From positions 1,312,001 through 1,376,000 of the forward strand of contig CBDCWG010000012.1 in NCBI GenBank assembly GCA_965223345.1: a DNA stretch of 64,000 bases, given 5' to 3'. Below, piece after piece: positions 11,097-21,199 of this stretch. The notes under the pieces were generated by a model. It ran no database searches. It was not told where the DNA came from and saw only the letters and a list, made by a program, of their open reading frames with translations. Numbering within the stretch: the stretch's first letter is position 1; each line of letters starts with the position of its first letter. Position numbers and translations under genes: made by a program. Origin of the DNA: Nitrospinales bacterium. GTDB lineage: Bacteria > Nitrospinota > Nitrospinia > Nitrospinales > VA-1.

Positions 11097-11112
<16 letters not shown>
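9571..11112 (-). CDS. DUF2851-like protein
   Basis: [42 protein letters not shown]-terminal Cys cluster; overlaps the cysS 3' end by 16 nt. Confidence 0.8.
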
Positions 11113-12539
<1,427 letters not shown>

Positions 12540-12545
12540 GGCGTC

Positions 12546-12575
12546 AAAGTAGCATTGTGTTTTCGGCAAAGTCAA
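12546..12575 (-). promoter_or_regulatory. putative sigma-70 promoter of cysS
   Basis: TTGACT-N18-TACTTT with extended -10 TG; the -10 ends 6 nt before the ATG. Confidence 0.5.
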
Positions 12576-12615
12576 AAAAAAGCAGGGGTTCGCGGCGAGC
12601 CGCCGCGTCTGCTTT
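12574..12615 (-). terminator. intrinsic terminator after the TPR-cupredoxin gene
   Basis: CGCGGCG-agc-CGCCGCG stem extended by AAAGCAG/CTGCTTT, with a T8 tract on the minus strand. Confidence 0.7.
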
Positions 12616-12665
12616 CAAGGCCGTGAAGACGGCGTTTCCGGCCGGGTGGGATGGGGAAGCGCCGG

Positions 12666-14645
12666 TCACTCCTTTTCGAAATCCGGATTGAGGCGCGCTT
12701 CCAGTTCGCGCACGTTGTTGCGCAGCTGGCTGATCACGAATGCGGCCTTGTTTTTGAGGAATTCCTCCGTCACGTCCTCTTTTTTCACGCCGATGCCGGA
12801 GATGGCCTTGCGGATTTCGTCGAGCTTTTTTTCCAGCAGGATGCTGCGCCGGGGGCTGAAGCTTTTGGAGATGGCGCCCTTCAGGCCCTCGCCGTCGAAA
12901 TGCTTGGTGATGGCCATGAGCATGCGTTTTCTCGGGATCGATTTTTTCCCCTGCTTCCAGTCTTCGATGGCCTGATAGATTTCCTTTTCGATGTTGTCCA
13001 CGATGGCGTTGTAATCGGTCGGGTCCACCAGATCGTGGATCTCTCCCGGCTGGGAGCTGGATTCGATGGCGAAGTCGATGGTCTGGTCTTCGCCGTTCAA
13101 CTCCACCGGCTTGAGCTGTTTCTCCACCAGCGCGGGATCGAGGCCGGGATGCCACACCTGCAGCAGGTAACCCTGGCTTTTCACCTTGTCGAAGCTGTAC
13201 TCGCCTTTTTCGTTCGGCTCGGTGTAGTACCCGTTGGGGACGACGAAGATCGTTCCCAGCATGTCCTTGTGCATGTTGCAGCGCAGCACCACCGGACCGG
13301 CCTGGTTGAAGTCGATGGTTTTCGAGGAGCCGGCGGCCATCGCACCGAGGTTGAACTGGTTGTTGCGCGATTTCGAATAGATGTTGTGCACTTCCCGGTC
13401 CTGGTTGACGAACGTGACGGAAGAGCCCACCGTGACCACGGAATGCTGCGGGATGAATTGCAGGCCGCTCTGCACCACCTCGAGCTCTACGGTTTTCTGT
13501 TTGGGAACGCGCATCTTGTTTTTGGTTTCGAGAAACACCACCGAGGGCCGGGTGATGGGCTTGCCGTTGATCTGGATGACGCCCTTCAGGTTGGTGGTCT
13601 CCTTTTTCATGTTGGAGCCTTCCATCTTGTGGTCGGATCCTTCGACTTTCTTCTCTTCGATTTTGATCGGCTCCGGCTCGGACTCGGGTTCGGCCTTGGT
13701 TTCCTGGACGGGCTCGGGTTTTTCCGGTTCGGCTGCGGGCGTTTTTGGGGAGGGGTTGTGGCGGCCCAGCGCCGTCAGGAGCTGAATGACAAACGGTTTT
13801 TCAAAGGATTTGTCGATGGCGATGGCGCGCTCGAACGGGTCGGCCGCCGCCTCGTATTTCTTCTGCAGACCGAGCACGACGCCCAGATTGAAATGCGCCC
13901 AGCCGAAATCGGGGTTCAGCTCGATGGCCTTGCGGTAGCTCTGTTCCTCCTCGGCGTACATTTTTTTCTGGCCGTAACTTTTGCCCAGGTAATTGTGGGC
14001 GAGATAGTTGTCCGGTTCCAGTTCGATGGATTTTTTGAACAGGCGGATGGCTTCGTCCGAGTCGCGATCTTCCATGGCGGACATGCCCCAGTTGAACACG
14101 ATCTCCACATCGTTCGGCGCCAGCTCGTGCGCCCGCGCGAACTTTTTGCTCGCGCCCTTGAAACGTTTCTGCATGCGCAGCGCCGCGCCCCAGATCGAGT
14201 AGAGTTCCGGCGAATCGGGGCTGATCTTGGCGGCCTTTTCGAATTCGAGCGTGCCGGCGTTGAATTTCCCCTGTTCGGTCAGCTCCATGCCCTTGGAAAT
14301 GTGTTCCAGCGCTTCACGCGGCAGGTTCACGCCCGAAGGGGGCAGGGGCGCTGCGGCGGTCTGCACGGGCTCCGCGGTTTCCTCATCGTGCAGGTCGGCG
14401 AGGGTTTCGGAGCTGTCCGGTTCCTCAGCGTTTTCGGCCTTGTCGGCGGACGCTTCGGCGGCGGTCTTCTGAAACTTGGTGTAGGGTTCCAGCTGGCTGG
14501 ACGGGGCCGAATAGTACATCAGGGCCCAGGCGATGCCTGCGGTGATGGCGAACCAGAGCAAACCCCCGGCGAACCGCCGGGACGCTTTGCCCTGCGGCGG
14601 ATGTTTGGAATCGAATGATTTTCTGCTTTTCTTTGCGGAACCCAT
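12666..14645 (-). CDS. membrane-anchored TPR + cupredoxin/carboxypeptidase-regulatory-like + helical domain protein
   Basis: N-terminal TM; ~5 TPR repeats (AHNYLG, AHFNLG); HNIYS...CNMHKDM; C-terminal helical domain. Confidence 0.8.
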   Translation of the reverse strand: MGSAKKSRKSFDSKHPPQGKASRRFAGGLLWFAITAGIAWALMYYSAPSSQLEPYTKFQKTAAEASADKAENAEEPDSSETLADLHDEETAEPVQTAAAPLPPSGVNLPREALEHISKGMELTEQGKFNAGTLEFEKAAKISPDSPELYSIWGAALRMQKRFKGASKKFARAHELAPNDVEIVFNWGMSAMEDRDSDEAIRLFKKSIELEPDNYLAHNYLGKSYGQKKMYAEEEQSYRKAIELNPDFGWAHFNLGVVLGLQKKYEAAADPFERAIAIDKSFEKPFVIQLLTALGRHNPSPKTPAAEPEKPEPVQETKAEPESEPEPIKIEEKKVEGSDHKMEGSNMKKETTNLKGVIQINGKPITRPSVVFLETKNKMRVPKQKTVELEVVQSGLQFIPQHSVVTVGSSVTFVNQDREVHNIYSKSRNNQFNLGAMAAGSSKTIDFNQAGPVVLRCNMHKDMLGTIFVVPNGYYTEPNEKGEYSFDKVKSQGYLLQVWHPGLDPALVEKQLKPVELNGEDQTIDFAIESSSQPGEIHDLVDPTDYNAIVDNIEKEIYQAIEDWKQGKKSIPRKRMLMAITKHFDGEGLKGAISKSFSPRRSILLEKKLDEIRKAISGIGVKKEDVTEEFLKNKAAFVISQLRNNVRELEARLNPDFEKE

Positions 14646-14806
14646 GAACGGTGACCTCTACGCACTGCGCTTGTCTGAAATCAGTTGAACGAACCTTAAA
14701 AGACCCCCGAAGCCTGCGCTTATTCCCGGCAGGCGGCGAATAACGCGAACCTGAGAAGACGTGCAGGCTTTCGAAAGGGTGAAGGGGACGATTTTTTTCT
14801 TTTCCG

Positions 14807-15058
14807 CTACAACTCGGACCGAAGCCTCGGAATCGGCAACTTGAAGATGTCCTTGTTGGGGTAGTCGGCCTCGGTGACGGGTTTTTTCTTGCTCGCGGCG
14901 GAGACTCCCTGGATTTTCGAGGAAAAGGTGGAAAATTTATGCGACACCCTCGAAGAACCGCATTCCGAACAGGTGGTTTCGTCTTTATTCACTGAGGCGG
15001 GCTGCAACAGCGTGAACTCCTGATCGCATTCTTCACAGTGGTATTCGTACAAGGGCAT
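14807..15058 (-). CDS. FmdB-family zinc-ribbon protein
   Basis: MPLYEYHCEEC...CSECGS. Confidence 0.88.
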   Translation of the reverse strand: MPLYEYHCEECDQEFTLLQPASVNKDETTCSECGSSRVSHKFSTFSSKIQGVSAASKKKPVTEADYPNKDIFKLPIPRLRSEL

Positions 15059-15225
15059 GGAGTGTTCTCAAACCTTTAGCAATTATCTGGTTGAAATCAT
15101 GAGAATATTAGGATTAAATCATAGCCCCAAACGGCCTGTCAATCGGATTTTCCCTCAGACGGCGGGCTTTCGGGGTATCTCTTGAATTCCTTTCAAACAA
15201 AGCGCTTACAAGTTCGAGGTGGGGT

Positions 15226-16404
15226 GTGGGACAGCCTGTCAAATCGTCCGAGAATGACCTCCTGAGCGCCCTCAGGGGCCGGTCCGGCTATCTGCCCTGC
15301 CAGATGATCGAGCAGGCCTATCTGGAAGGCTACATCCACGCCGAATCGCCGATATTTCAGACCCAGTTTCAGCCGGTCAGCCTCGATCTCAGATTAGGCG
15401 CCAAAGCCCACCGCATTCAGTGCAGTTTCCTGCCGGAAAACGAAACGGTGGAGAGCAAGCTCAAGGACGTGGCGCTGTACGATTTCGATCTGTTGGGCGG
15501 CGGTGGGGTGCTGGAGAAAGGCGCCATCTACCTCATTCCGCTTCTGGAAGAAGTGAGCTTCCCGCCTGAGCTGTTCGGCCTCGCCAATCCCAAAAGCTCC
15601 ACCGGGCGGCTGGACATGTTCACGCGCGTCATCGTGGACCACGGTCACCGGTTCGATGAAATTCCGCCGGGGCACCGGGGCAAGCTGTATCTGGAAATCA
15701 TCCCGCGTTCGTTTCCGGTCAGGGTGAAGGCCGGGTTGTCGCTCAACCAGCTGCGGGTGGGCAGCACCGCCCCGGTGACGCTGGAAAAACACAGCCTCGC
15801 CGAGGATTACAAAAACAGTCCCATCCTGTTCGACCGCGACGGTTCACAGATTCCGTTCGAGAACGTCAAGGTGGACAGCGGGTTGTTCCTCGGCGTCGAT
15901 CTGTGCGGCGAAAACGAAAACGACGTCATCGCCTACAAGGCGAAAACCAATTCCAACATCATCGACCTCGCCAAGACGAACTATTACGAGCCGCTGGAAT
16001 TCTGGGAACCGATTTACCGTTCGCGCAACCAGCGGCTGATTCTCGAGCCGGAAAGTTTTTACATCATGATGTCCAAGGAGAAGGTCTGCATCTGGCCGCA
16101 CCTGCTCGCCGAGATGGTGGCCTGGGAGCCGAACAGCGGCGAGCTGCGCACGCATTACGCGGGGTTTTTCGATCCGGGCTTCGGCTGGAACCAGACGGAC
16201 GCGCGGCACGATCAGGGGACCTGCGCGGTCATGGAAGTGCGGCCGCACGACGTGCCATTCATGGTGGAGGACGGACAGACGTTCTGCCGTTTGAAGTTCG
16301 AGCAGATGGTCGCAACGCCGGACAAGGTGTACGGCAAAAACATCGCGTCCCACTACCATTCCCAGGGCCTCGCGCTCAGCAAGTACTTCAAAGCCGATTC
16401 TTAA
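15226..16404 (+). CDS. dcd: dCTP deaminase (long, internally duplicated form)
   Basis: QPVSLDLRLG, ANPKSSTGRLD, HYAGFFDPGFG, EVRPHDVPF; start codon uncertain. Confidence 0.88.
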   Translation: MGQPVKSSENDLLSALRGRSGYLPCQMIEQAYLEGYIHAESPIFQTQFQPVSLDLRLGAKAHRIQCSFLPENETVESKLKDVALYDFDLLGGGGVLEKGAIYLIPLLEEVSFPPELFGLANPKSSTGRLDMFTRVIVDHGHRFDEIPPGHRGKLYLEIIPRSFPVRVKAGLSLNQLRVGSTAPVTLEKHSLAEDYKNSPILFDRDGSQIPFENVKVDSGLFLGVDLCGENENDVIAYKAKTNSNIIDLAKTNYYEPLEFWEPIYRSRNQRLILEPESFYIMMSKEKVCIWPHLLAEMVAWEPNSGELRTHYAGFFDPGFGWNQTDARHDQGTCAVMEVRPHDVPFMVEDGQTFCRLKFEQMVATPDKVYGKNIASHYHSQGLALSKYFKADS

Positions 16405-16475
16405 GACTTCCATTCCGGCGCGTCGTCCGGGAATTCCTTGTGCCACCCGATTGAAATTTTTATTTTTTGCAGCGC

Positions 16476-16504
16476 TTGGGGATTGTGGCGGATTGTATTA
16501 GAAT
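16476..16504 (+). promoter_or_regulatory. putative sigma-70 promoter of scpB-rluB
   Basis: TTGGGG-N17-TAGAAT. Confidence 0.4.
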
Positions 16505-16531
16505 GAACGGGAACGATGAGGGAGCCTGCCA

Positions 16532-17257
16532 TTGGAACGAGAACAACTCAAAGCGATCGTCGAAAACCTGCTCCTGGCCTCGGACATTCCGGTGAGCCCG
16601 GATGATTTGCAGCGCACGGTCTCCAACGCCACGGAAAAAGCCGAATGGCGTTCCATTCTCGAGGAACTGCAGGAGGAATACCAGGCGCGCAACCTGCAGG
16701 TCAACGAGGTCGCCGAGGGGTTTCAGCTCTGCACCCGTCACGAGTATTCGGAATGGATCCGCAAATTCCTCAAGATCGACAAATCGACCAAGTTGTCGCA
16801 GCCGAGCCTCGACACGCTCTCCATCATCGCCTACAAACAGCCGCTGACGCGGCAGGAGGTCGAGGACATCCGCGGCGTCGATTCCAGCGGCGTGATCAAG
16901 ACCCTGCTCGAGAAAAAGATCATCGGCCCGGCTGGCCGCAAGAAGGTCCCCGGACGGCCCATCATGTACCGGACCACGCGCAAGTTTCTGGAATATTTCG
17001 GCCTCAGGGACCTCGGCGACCTGCCCACGCTGGAGGATTTCAAGGAGGATCTGGCGGGCGAACTCGAAGGCGCTGCGCAGGAGGAGATCGGTTTTGCTGA
17101 AGCCGAGACGGAAAACGGCGCGTCCGGTGAGCCGGACGAGAACGCGCGCGAAGGGATGACGGAATCCGAATCCGCGCCGGTCGAGGTGGCGCTGGAAACC
17201 GGCGGCGAGGATGCGGACGCGCTGGCGGACGTCGAGGAACCGGATCGCACGGGATGA
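16532..17257 (+). CDS. scpB: SMC-Scp complex subunit ScpB
   Basis: LSQPSLDTLSIIAYKQPLTR, IRGVDS, GRPIMYRTT, FLEYFGL; acidic C-terminal tail; TTG start with GGGAG RBS. Confidence 0.95.
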   Translation: MEREQLKAIVENLLLASDIPVSPDDLQRTVSNATEKAEWRSILEELQEEYQARNLQVNEVAEGFQLCTRHEYSEWIRKFLKIDKSTKLSQPSLDTLSIIAYKQPLTRQEVEDIRGVDSSGVIKTLLEKKIIGPAGRKKVPGRPIMYRTTRKFLEYFGLRDLGDLPTLEDFKEDLAGELEGAAQEEIGFAEAETENGASGEPDENAREGMTESESAPVEVALETGGEDADALADVEEPDRTG

Positions 17258-17278
17258 CGGCGCTGGGGTCGGATTGAG

Positions 17279-18019
17279 ATGAAACAGCGCCTGCACAAAA
17301 TCATCGCCCAGGCGGGGCTCGCTTCGCGCCGGGAAGCGGAACGGTGGATCGCGGAAGGCTTCATCCGGGTCAACAACCAGGTGGTCGTGACACCCGGCAC
17401 GATGGCGGATCCTGCGGTCGATAAAATCACAATCAAGGGGAAGCGGCTCCCCCCTCCGAGCAAGAAGGCCTACCTGATTTTAAACAAACCTCCAAGCTGC
17501 CTCACCACGACCGCCAAGGACGCGCGCGGGCGTAAAACGGTGATGGATTTCGTCGCCAAGGTGCCGGTGCGGGTGGTCCCTGTGGGAAGGCTGGATTTCA
17601 ACACGCAGGGCCTGTTGCTGTTCACCAACGACGGCAGCCTGTCGAAAAAACTGCTGGACCCGAAGTCGCAGGTCGAGCGCGTATACCAGGTGCGGGTGCG
17701 CGGCGTGCCGGATGAGAAAACGCTGCGCAAGCTCAGGCGCGGTGTGCGTCTCGACAACCGTCCCACCGCGCCCATCGACGCGAAGATCCAGCGGGTCACC
17801 GGAAAAAACGCGGTGCTGATCCTCAAGTTGACGGAGGGAAAATACCGCCATATCAAACGCGTGTGCGAAAAGATCGGCCATCCCGCGATCAAATTGAAGC
17901 GCACGCATTTCGCCCAGTTGAATCTTTCGGGACTGCCGCTCGGCAGCTGCCGGTTTCTGACTCCGAGAGAGATCAAATCCCTTTATGATTGCGTCGCTCC
18001 CAAAGCCCGCGCTTCCTGA
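17279..18019 (+). CDS. rluB: RluB/RsuA-family rRNA pseudouridine synthase
   Basis: S4 domain RLHKIIAQAGLASRREAE; VGRLDFNTQGLLLFTNDG; usual position after scpB. Confidence 0.88.
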   Translation: MKQRLHKIIAQAGLASRREAERWIAEGFIRVNNQVVVTPGTMADPAVDKITIKGKRLPPPSKKAYLILNKPPSCLTTTAKDARGRKTVMDFVAKVPVRVVPVGRLDFNTQGLLLFTNDGSLSKKLLDPKSQVERVYQVRVRGVPDEKTLRKLRRGVRLDNRPTAPIDAKIQRVTGKNAVLILKLTEGKYRHIKRVCEKIGHPAIKLKRTHFAQLNLSGLPLGSCRFLTPREIKSLYDCVAPKARAS

Positions 18020-18026
18020 CTCCTAA

Positions 18027-19010
18027 ATGCTACGTTCCTCCATTGCAAAGTTGCTGGTCCCGATCCTGTTTTGCCTTTTCTCTCTTTCGGAGGTGCCCCG
18101 GGCGGCGGCCGAAGGACCGATCGCGTTGACGCACGAGGCGAGCGCCAAGGTTCCGGTCAAGAACAACAACTTCGTGACGGCGAGGAACCGGGCCGTGTCG
18201 ATGGCGCTGGAGTCGGCGCTGGAAGCGGCGTTCAAGGAGATGATGGGTGAGCAGAAGTTCGAGGCCAACCGCAAGCAGCTCAAACCGTTTTTGAAAAAAG
18301 CGGAGCGTTATGTGCAAAGCTACCGCTTCCTGGAAGCGTTCGACGATCCTTTGGAGAAAACCAGCGAGGTCTCGCTGGAGGTGACCCTGTTCCCCAATGC
18401 GGTGGGGCAGTCTCTGGGACAGCTCGGGGTGGCGGTCGGGCACGAGAGCGCGAAAAAAGTCATCGTGCTGATCCAGGAAAAAAGCTTCACCTCCACCGGG
18501 CAGGATTCGTTCTGGGAGGTGGTGCCGATCTCGGAAACGGCATTGATCGTGGCCCTGAGCGAAGCGGGGGTGCCGGTGGTGCCGCGCGAATCGGTGCAGA
18601 TCGCAGTGGACGAGGAAACCGTCCTGAGCGCGGTGCAGGGCAACATGGACGATGCGGTCAACGTCGGATTGAAAGCGGGCGCGGACATCGTGGTGCTCGG
18701 CAACGCCGCGTCCTCACAGACTCCGGTGGGCGGCGGGCAGGAACTCGACTCCATCCAGACCAACATTAGCGTGCGGGCGATCTCCGCACTGACCGCGACG
18801 GTGATCGCGGCGAAGAGCGACTTCGCTTCGGCGGAGCACGAAGACCCGCTGGCCGGCGAGCTGGAAGCCTTCGGCAAGGTCAGCGAACAGATCGCGGCGT
18901 TTCTGCTGCCTTCGATCCGCCGTTACTGGGAGCGGGGAGCCGCCCCCAAACCACCCACACCGGTGGCGCCGCAGACCGCTGCCCCGCCGCTGCCCATGAA
19001 CGACCTGTAA
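18027..19010 (+). CDS. secreted hypothetical protein (possibly FlgT/CsgG-like alpha/beta domains)
   Basis: Signal peptide, 327 aa, Pro-rich tail, typical codon usage. Confidence 0.7.
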   Translation: MLRSSIAKLLVPILFCLFSLSEVPRAAAEGPIALTHEASAKVPVKNNNFVTARNRAVSMALESALEAAFKEMMGEQKFEANRKQLKPFLKKAERYVQSYRFLEAFDDPLEKTSEVSLEVTLFPNAVGQSLGQLGVAVGHESAKKVIVLIQEKSFTSTGQDSFWEVVPISETALIVALSEAGVPVVPRESVQIAVDEETVLSAVQGNMDDAVNVGLKAGADIVVLGNAASSQTPVGGGQELDSIQTNISVRAISALTATVIAAKSDFASAEHEDPLAGELEAFGKVSEQIAAFLLPSIRRYWERGAAPKPPTPVAPQTAAPPLPMNDL

Positions 19011-19013
19011 ACG

Positions 19014-20081
19014 ATGCCTCAGGACAGCAACAGAAGATTCTGGATCGGACTTGCGGTTGCGGCGCTGGCTTTGCTGTTTCTCTACCTCGCCCGGCATGTC
19101 GCGATTCCGTTTTTCGTGGCCTTCGCGCTGGCCTACCTGCTGGACCCGATCGTGGACAAGATGGAAAGCTGGAGGATCTCGCGCACGGTTTCGGTGGTCC
19201 TGCTCATGCTGGTGTTTTTTTCCATCTGTCTGATCGCCGGTGTGCTGCTGTTTCCGGTTTTGCAATTGCAGGCGGAAAACCTCGCGAAAAATCTGCCCGA
19301 ATACATCCGCGTGGTGCAGGAATGGCTGCGGCCCGTTCTGGAACGGTTCGGGGGGATGGACCACACGAAAATCCAGGAGTTCCTCAACGAAGGGCTCGAA
19401 CGCTTCGGCGAGCTTCCCATCAAGATTCTCGGATTCGCCACGCAGTTTTTGTGGGACTCGGTGTCCAATCTGTTCAGCATCGTGCTGATGGTGTTCAACT
19501 TGGTCATCATTCCGGTGGCGATGTTTTATCTGTTGCGCGATTTCGACACGATCAACGCCAAGCTGTTGAACCTCGTTCCGCCGCGGCTGCGCGAGCGGAC
19601 GCTCGAGATCGTGGGCGACATCGACCGGGTGCTGGCCTCGTTCGTGCGCGGCCAGATGATGGTGGCGCTGTTGATGGGGGTTCTGTACTCGATCGGGTTG
19701 TTTTTCTGCCAGACGCCGCTCAGCCTTTCGATCGGTTTTCTGGCGGGGCTGGCGAACCTGGTGCCGTATCTGGGGATCATCGTCGGGTTCGTTCCCGCTG
19801 CCGTGCTCACCTATTTGCAGACGCAGGACTGGATTCTGGTTTTCGGGGTGGTGGGCGTGTTCGCGGCGGTGCAGATGCTGGAAGGCATGGTCCTGACGCC
19901 GCGCATTCTCGGCGAGAACATCGGCCTGCATCCGGTGGCGGTGCTGTTTGCGGTGCTGCTCGGCGGCGACCTGTTCGGGCTGGTCGGCATCATCCTCGGC
20001 GTGCCGGTGGTCGCGGTGCTCAACGTGCTTTTACGGCGCGGCATCCTGCACTACAAAAAATCCTCGTTTTTCTCCGGCTGA
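19014..20081 (+). CDS. AI-2E family transporter
   Basis: LAYLLDP, FVRGQ, NLVPYLG, LTPRILG, GLHPV and GLVGIILGVP motifs. Confidence 0.92.
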   Translation: MPQDSNRRFWIGLAVAALALLFLYLARHVAIPFFVAFALAYLLDPIVDKMESWRISRTVSVVLLMLVFFSICLIAGVLLFPVLQLQAENLAKNLPEYIRVVQEWLRPVLERFGGMDHTKIQEFLNEGLERFGELPIKILGFATQFLWDSVSNLFSIVLMVFNLVIIPVAMFYLLRDFDTINAKLLNLVPPRLRERTLEIVGDIDRVLASFVRGQMMVALLMGVLYSIGLFFCQTPLSLSIGFLAGLANLVPYLGIIVGFVPAAVLTYLQTQDWILVFGVVGVFAAVQMLEGMVLTPRILGENIGLHPVAVLFAVLLGGDLFGLVGIILGVPVVAVLNVLLRRGILHYKKSSFFSG

Positions 20082-20133
20082 CCCGCTTCTCTCCGTTTAT
20101 TTAAAAAAATCAAACACGTACGCCCGATTGTCC

Positions 20134-20182
20134 TTGACCTGCCGACCCGGTTTCATTATATTTACTGTGATAGTAACCGGGT
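20134..20182 (+). promoter_or_regulatory. sigma-70 promoter overlapped by an inverted repeat
   Basis: TTGACC(20134)-N17-TATATT(20157); ACCCGGTT(20145-20152)/AACCGGGT(20175-20182) flank the -10 and the predicted start site. Confidence 0.6.
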
Positions 20183-20349
20183 TTGACGGTTTTGTCCCAA
20201 CGCATTGACACTGCAAACCCTTCCGCGTTTTAAAAAGCGATCCAGGATCCCTCAAAGGATCGTCCCGTTTTCCGCATGTTCCACCCAAAGGCGCGGCCTT
20301 CCGGTTCCCGATCCGCGTGTTGCCCGCCTTCCCTTCAGGAGATTCCTTC

Positions 20350-21168
20350 ATGAACAGAATCGTTGCACACCCTCTGGCTGCCACTCCCGTCATCCACGAC
20401 ATCCAGACCAAACTGGAACGGAGCCGCTACAGTCCGCAAACCATTAAAGCCTATATGGGCCAATTGAAAATTTTCTTCCGCTCGATCCATCCCAAGGATC
20501 CCCGCAGCGTCACCCAGGATGAGATCCGCAGCTACCTGGAAAGCCTGGTGGCGTCGAACATGTCGCGTTCGACGGTGGACCAGGCGGTGAACGCGCTGGA
20601 GTTTTTCAGCCAGCTGGTGTTCGGCGCGCATCTCGATCTGACCGATTTCGAGCGGCCGCGCAAGAAAAAAGCCAACCCGGTGGTGCTGTCGCTGGATGAA
20701 GTGAAAAAGATCGCCGTCGCGGCGGAGAACCCCAAGCACCGGTTGATGATCGAGCTGGCCTACACGGCGGGGCTCAGGGTTTCGGAGGTGGTGGAGGTGC
20801 GCATCAAGCACATCGATCTGGCGCAGCTCAAGCTGTTTGTCCCCGGTCAGGGACCGGATGGCTGGGGCCGGACGACGATTTTTTCATCGAGCCTGAAGGA
20901 CGCGCTGGCGCGGCAGATCGGCACCAAAGAAGGCGAAGACCTGCTGTTCCCCAGCGAGCGGGGCGGTGCCCTCACCACGCGCGCCGTGGCCAAATTTTTC
21001 AAGGCCGCGCTCAAGACCTCGGGTGTGGAAAAATCGGCGACGCCGCATTCGCTCCGGCATTCCTTCTCGGTGTTCATGCTGGAGAAGGGAACCGACCCGC
21101 ACCTGATCCAGAACCTGCTGGGTCTGCGCCGCATGTCTCCGGCGGCGATCCGCGCCGTGGCGCATTGA
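20350..21168 (+). CDS. tyrosine recombinase/integrase-family protein, apparently catalytically inactive
   Basis: N-terminal SAM-like domain (YSPQTIKAY, STVDQAVNAL); YTAGLRVSE; TPHSLRHSF; IQNLLGL with no downstream Tyr; AGGAGA RBS. Confidence 0.88.
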   Translation: MNRIVAHPLAATPVIHDIQTKLERSRYSPQTIKAYMGQLKIFFRSIHPKDPRSVTQDEIRSYLESLVASNMSRSTVDQAVNALEFFSQLVFGAHLDLTDFERPRKKKANPVVLSLDEVKKIAVAAENPKHRLMIELAYTAGLRVSEVVEVRIKHIDLAQLKLFVPGQGPDGWGRTTIFSSSLKDALARQIGTKEGEDLLFPSERGGALTTRAVAKFFKAALKTSGVEKSATPHSLRHSFSVFMLEKGTDPHLIQNLLGLRRMSPAAIRAVAH

Positions 21169-21199
21169 TTCCTTCGCCCTGCGGCGGGTTGCGGATGAT

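Noticed and set aside
12651..14618. 655 aa + strand ORF, and similar long antisense ORFs (6823..8358, 9553..11265, 22924..24912, 29384..31069, 35145..37148, 60430..62124)
   Set aside because: Shadow frames opposite well-supported genes; typical of GC-rich codon bias; no recognisable motifs
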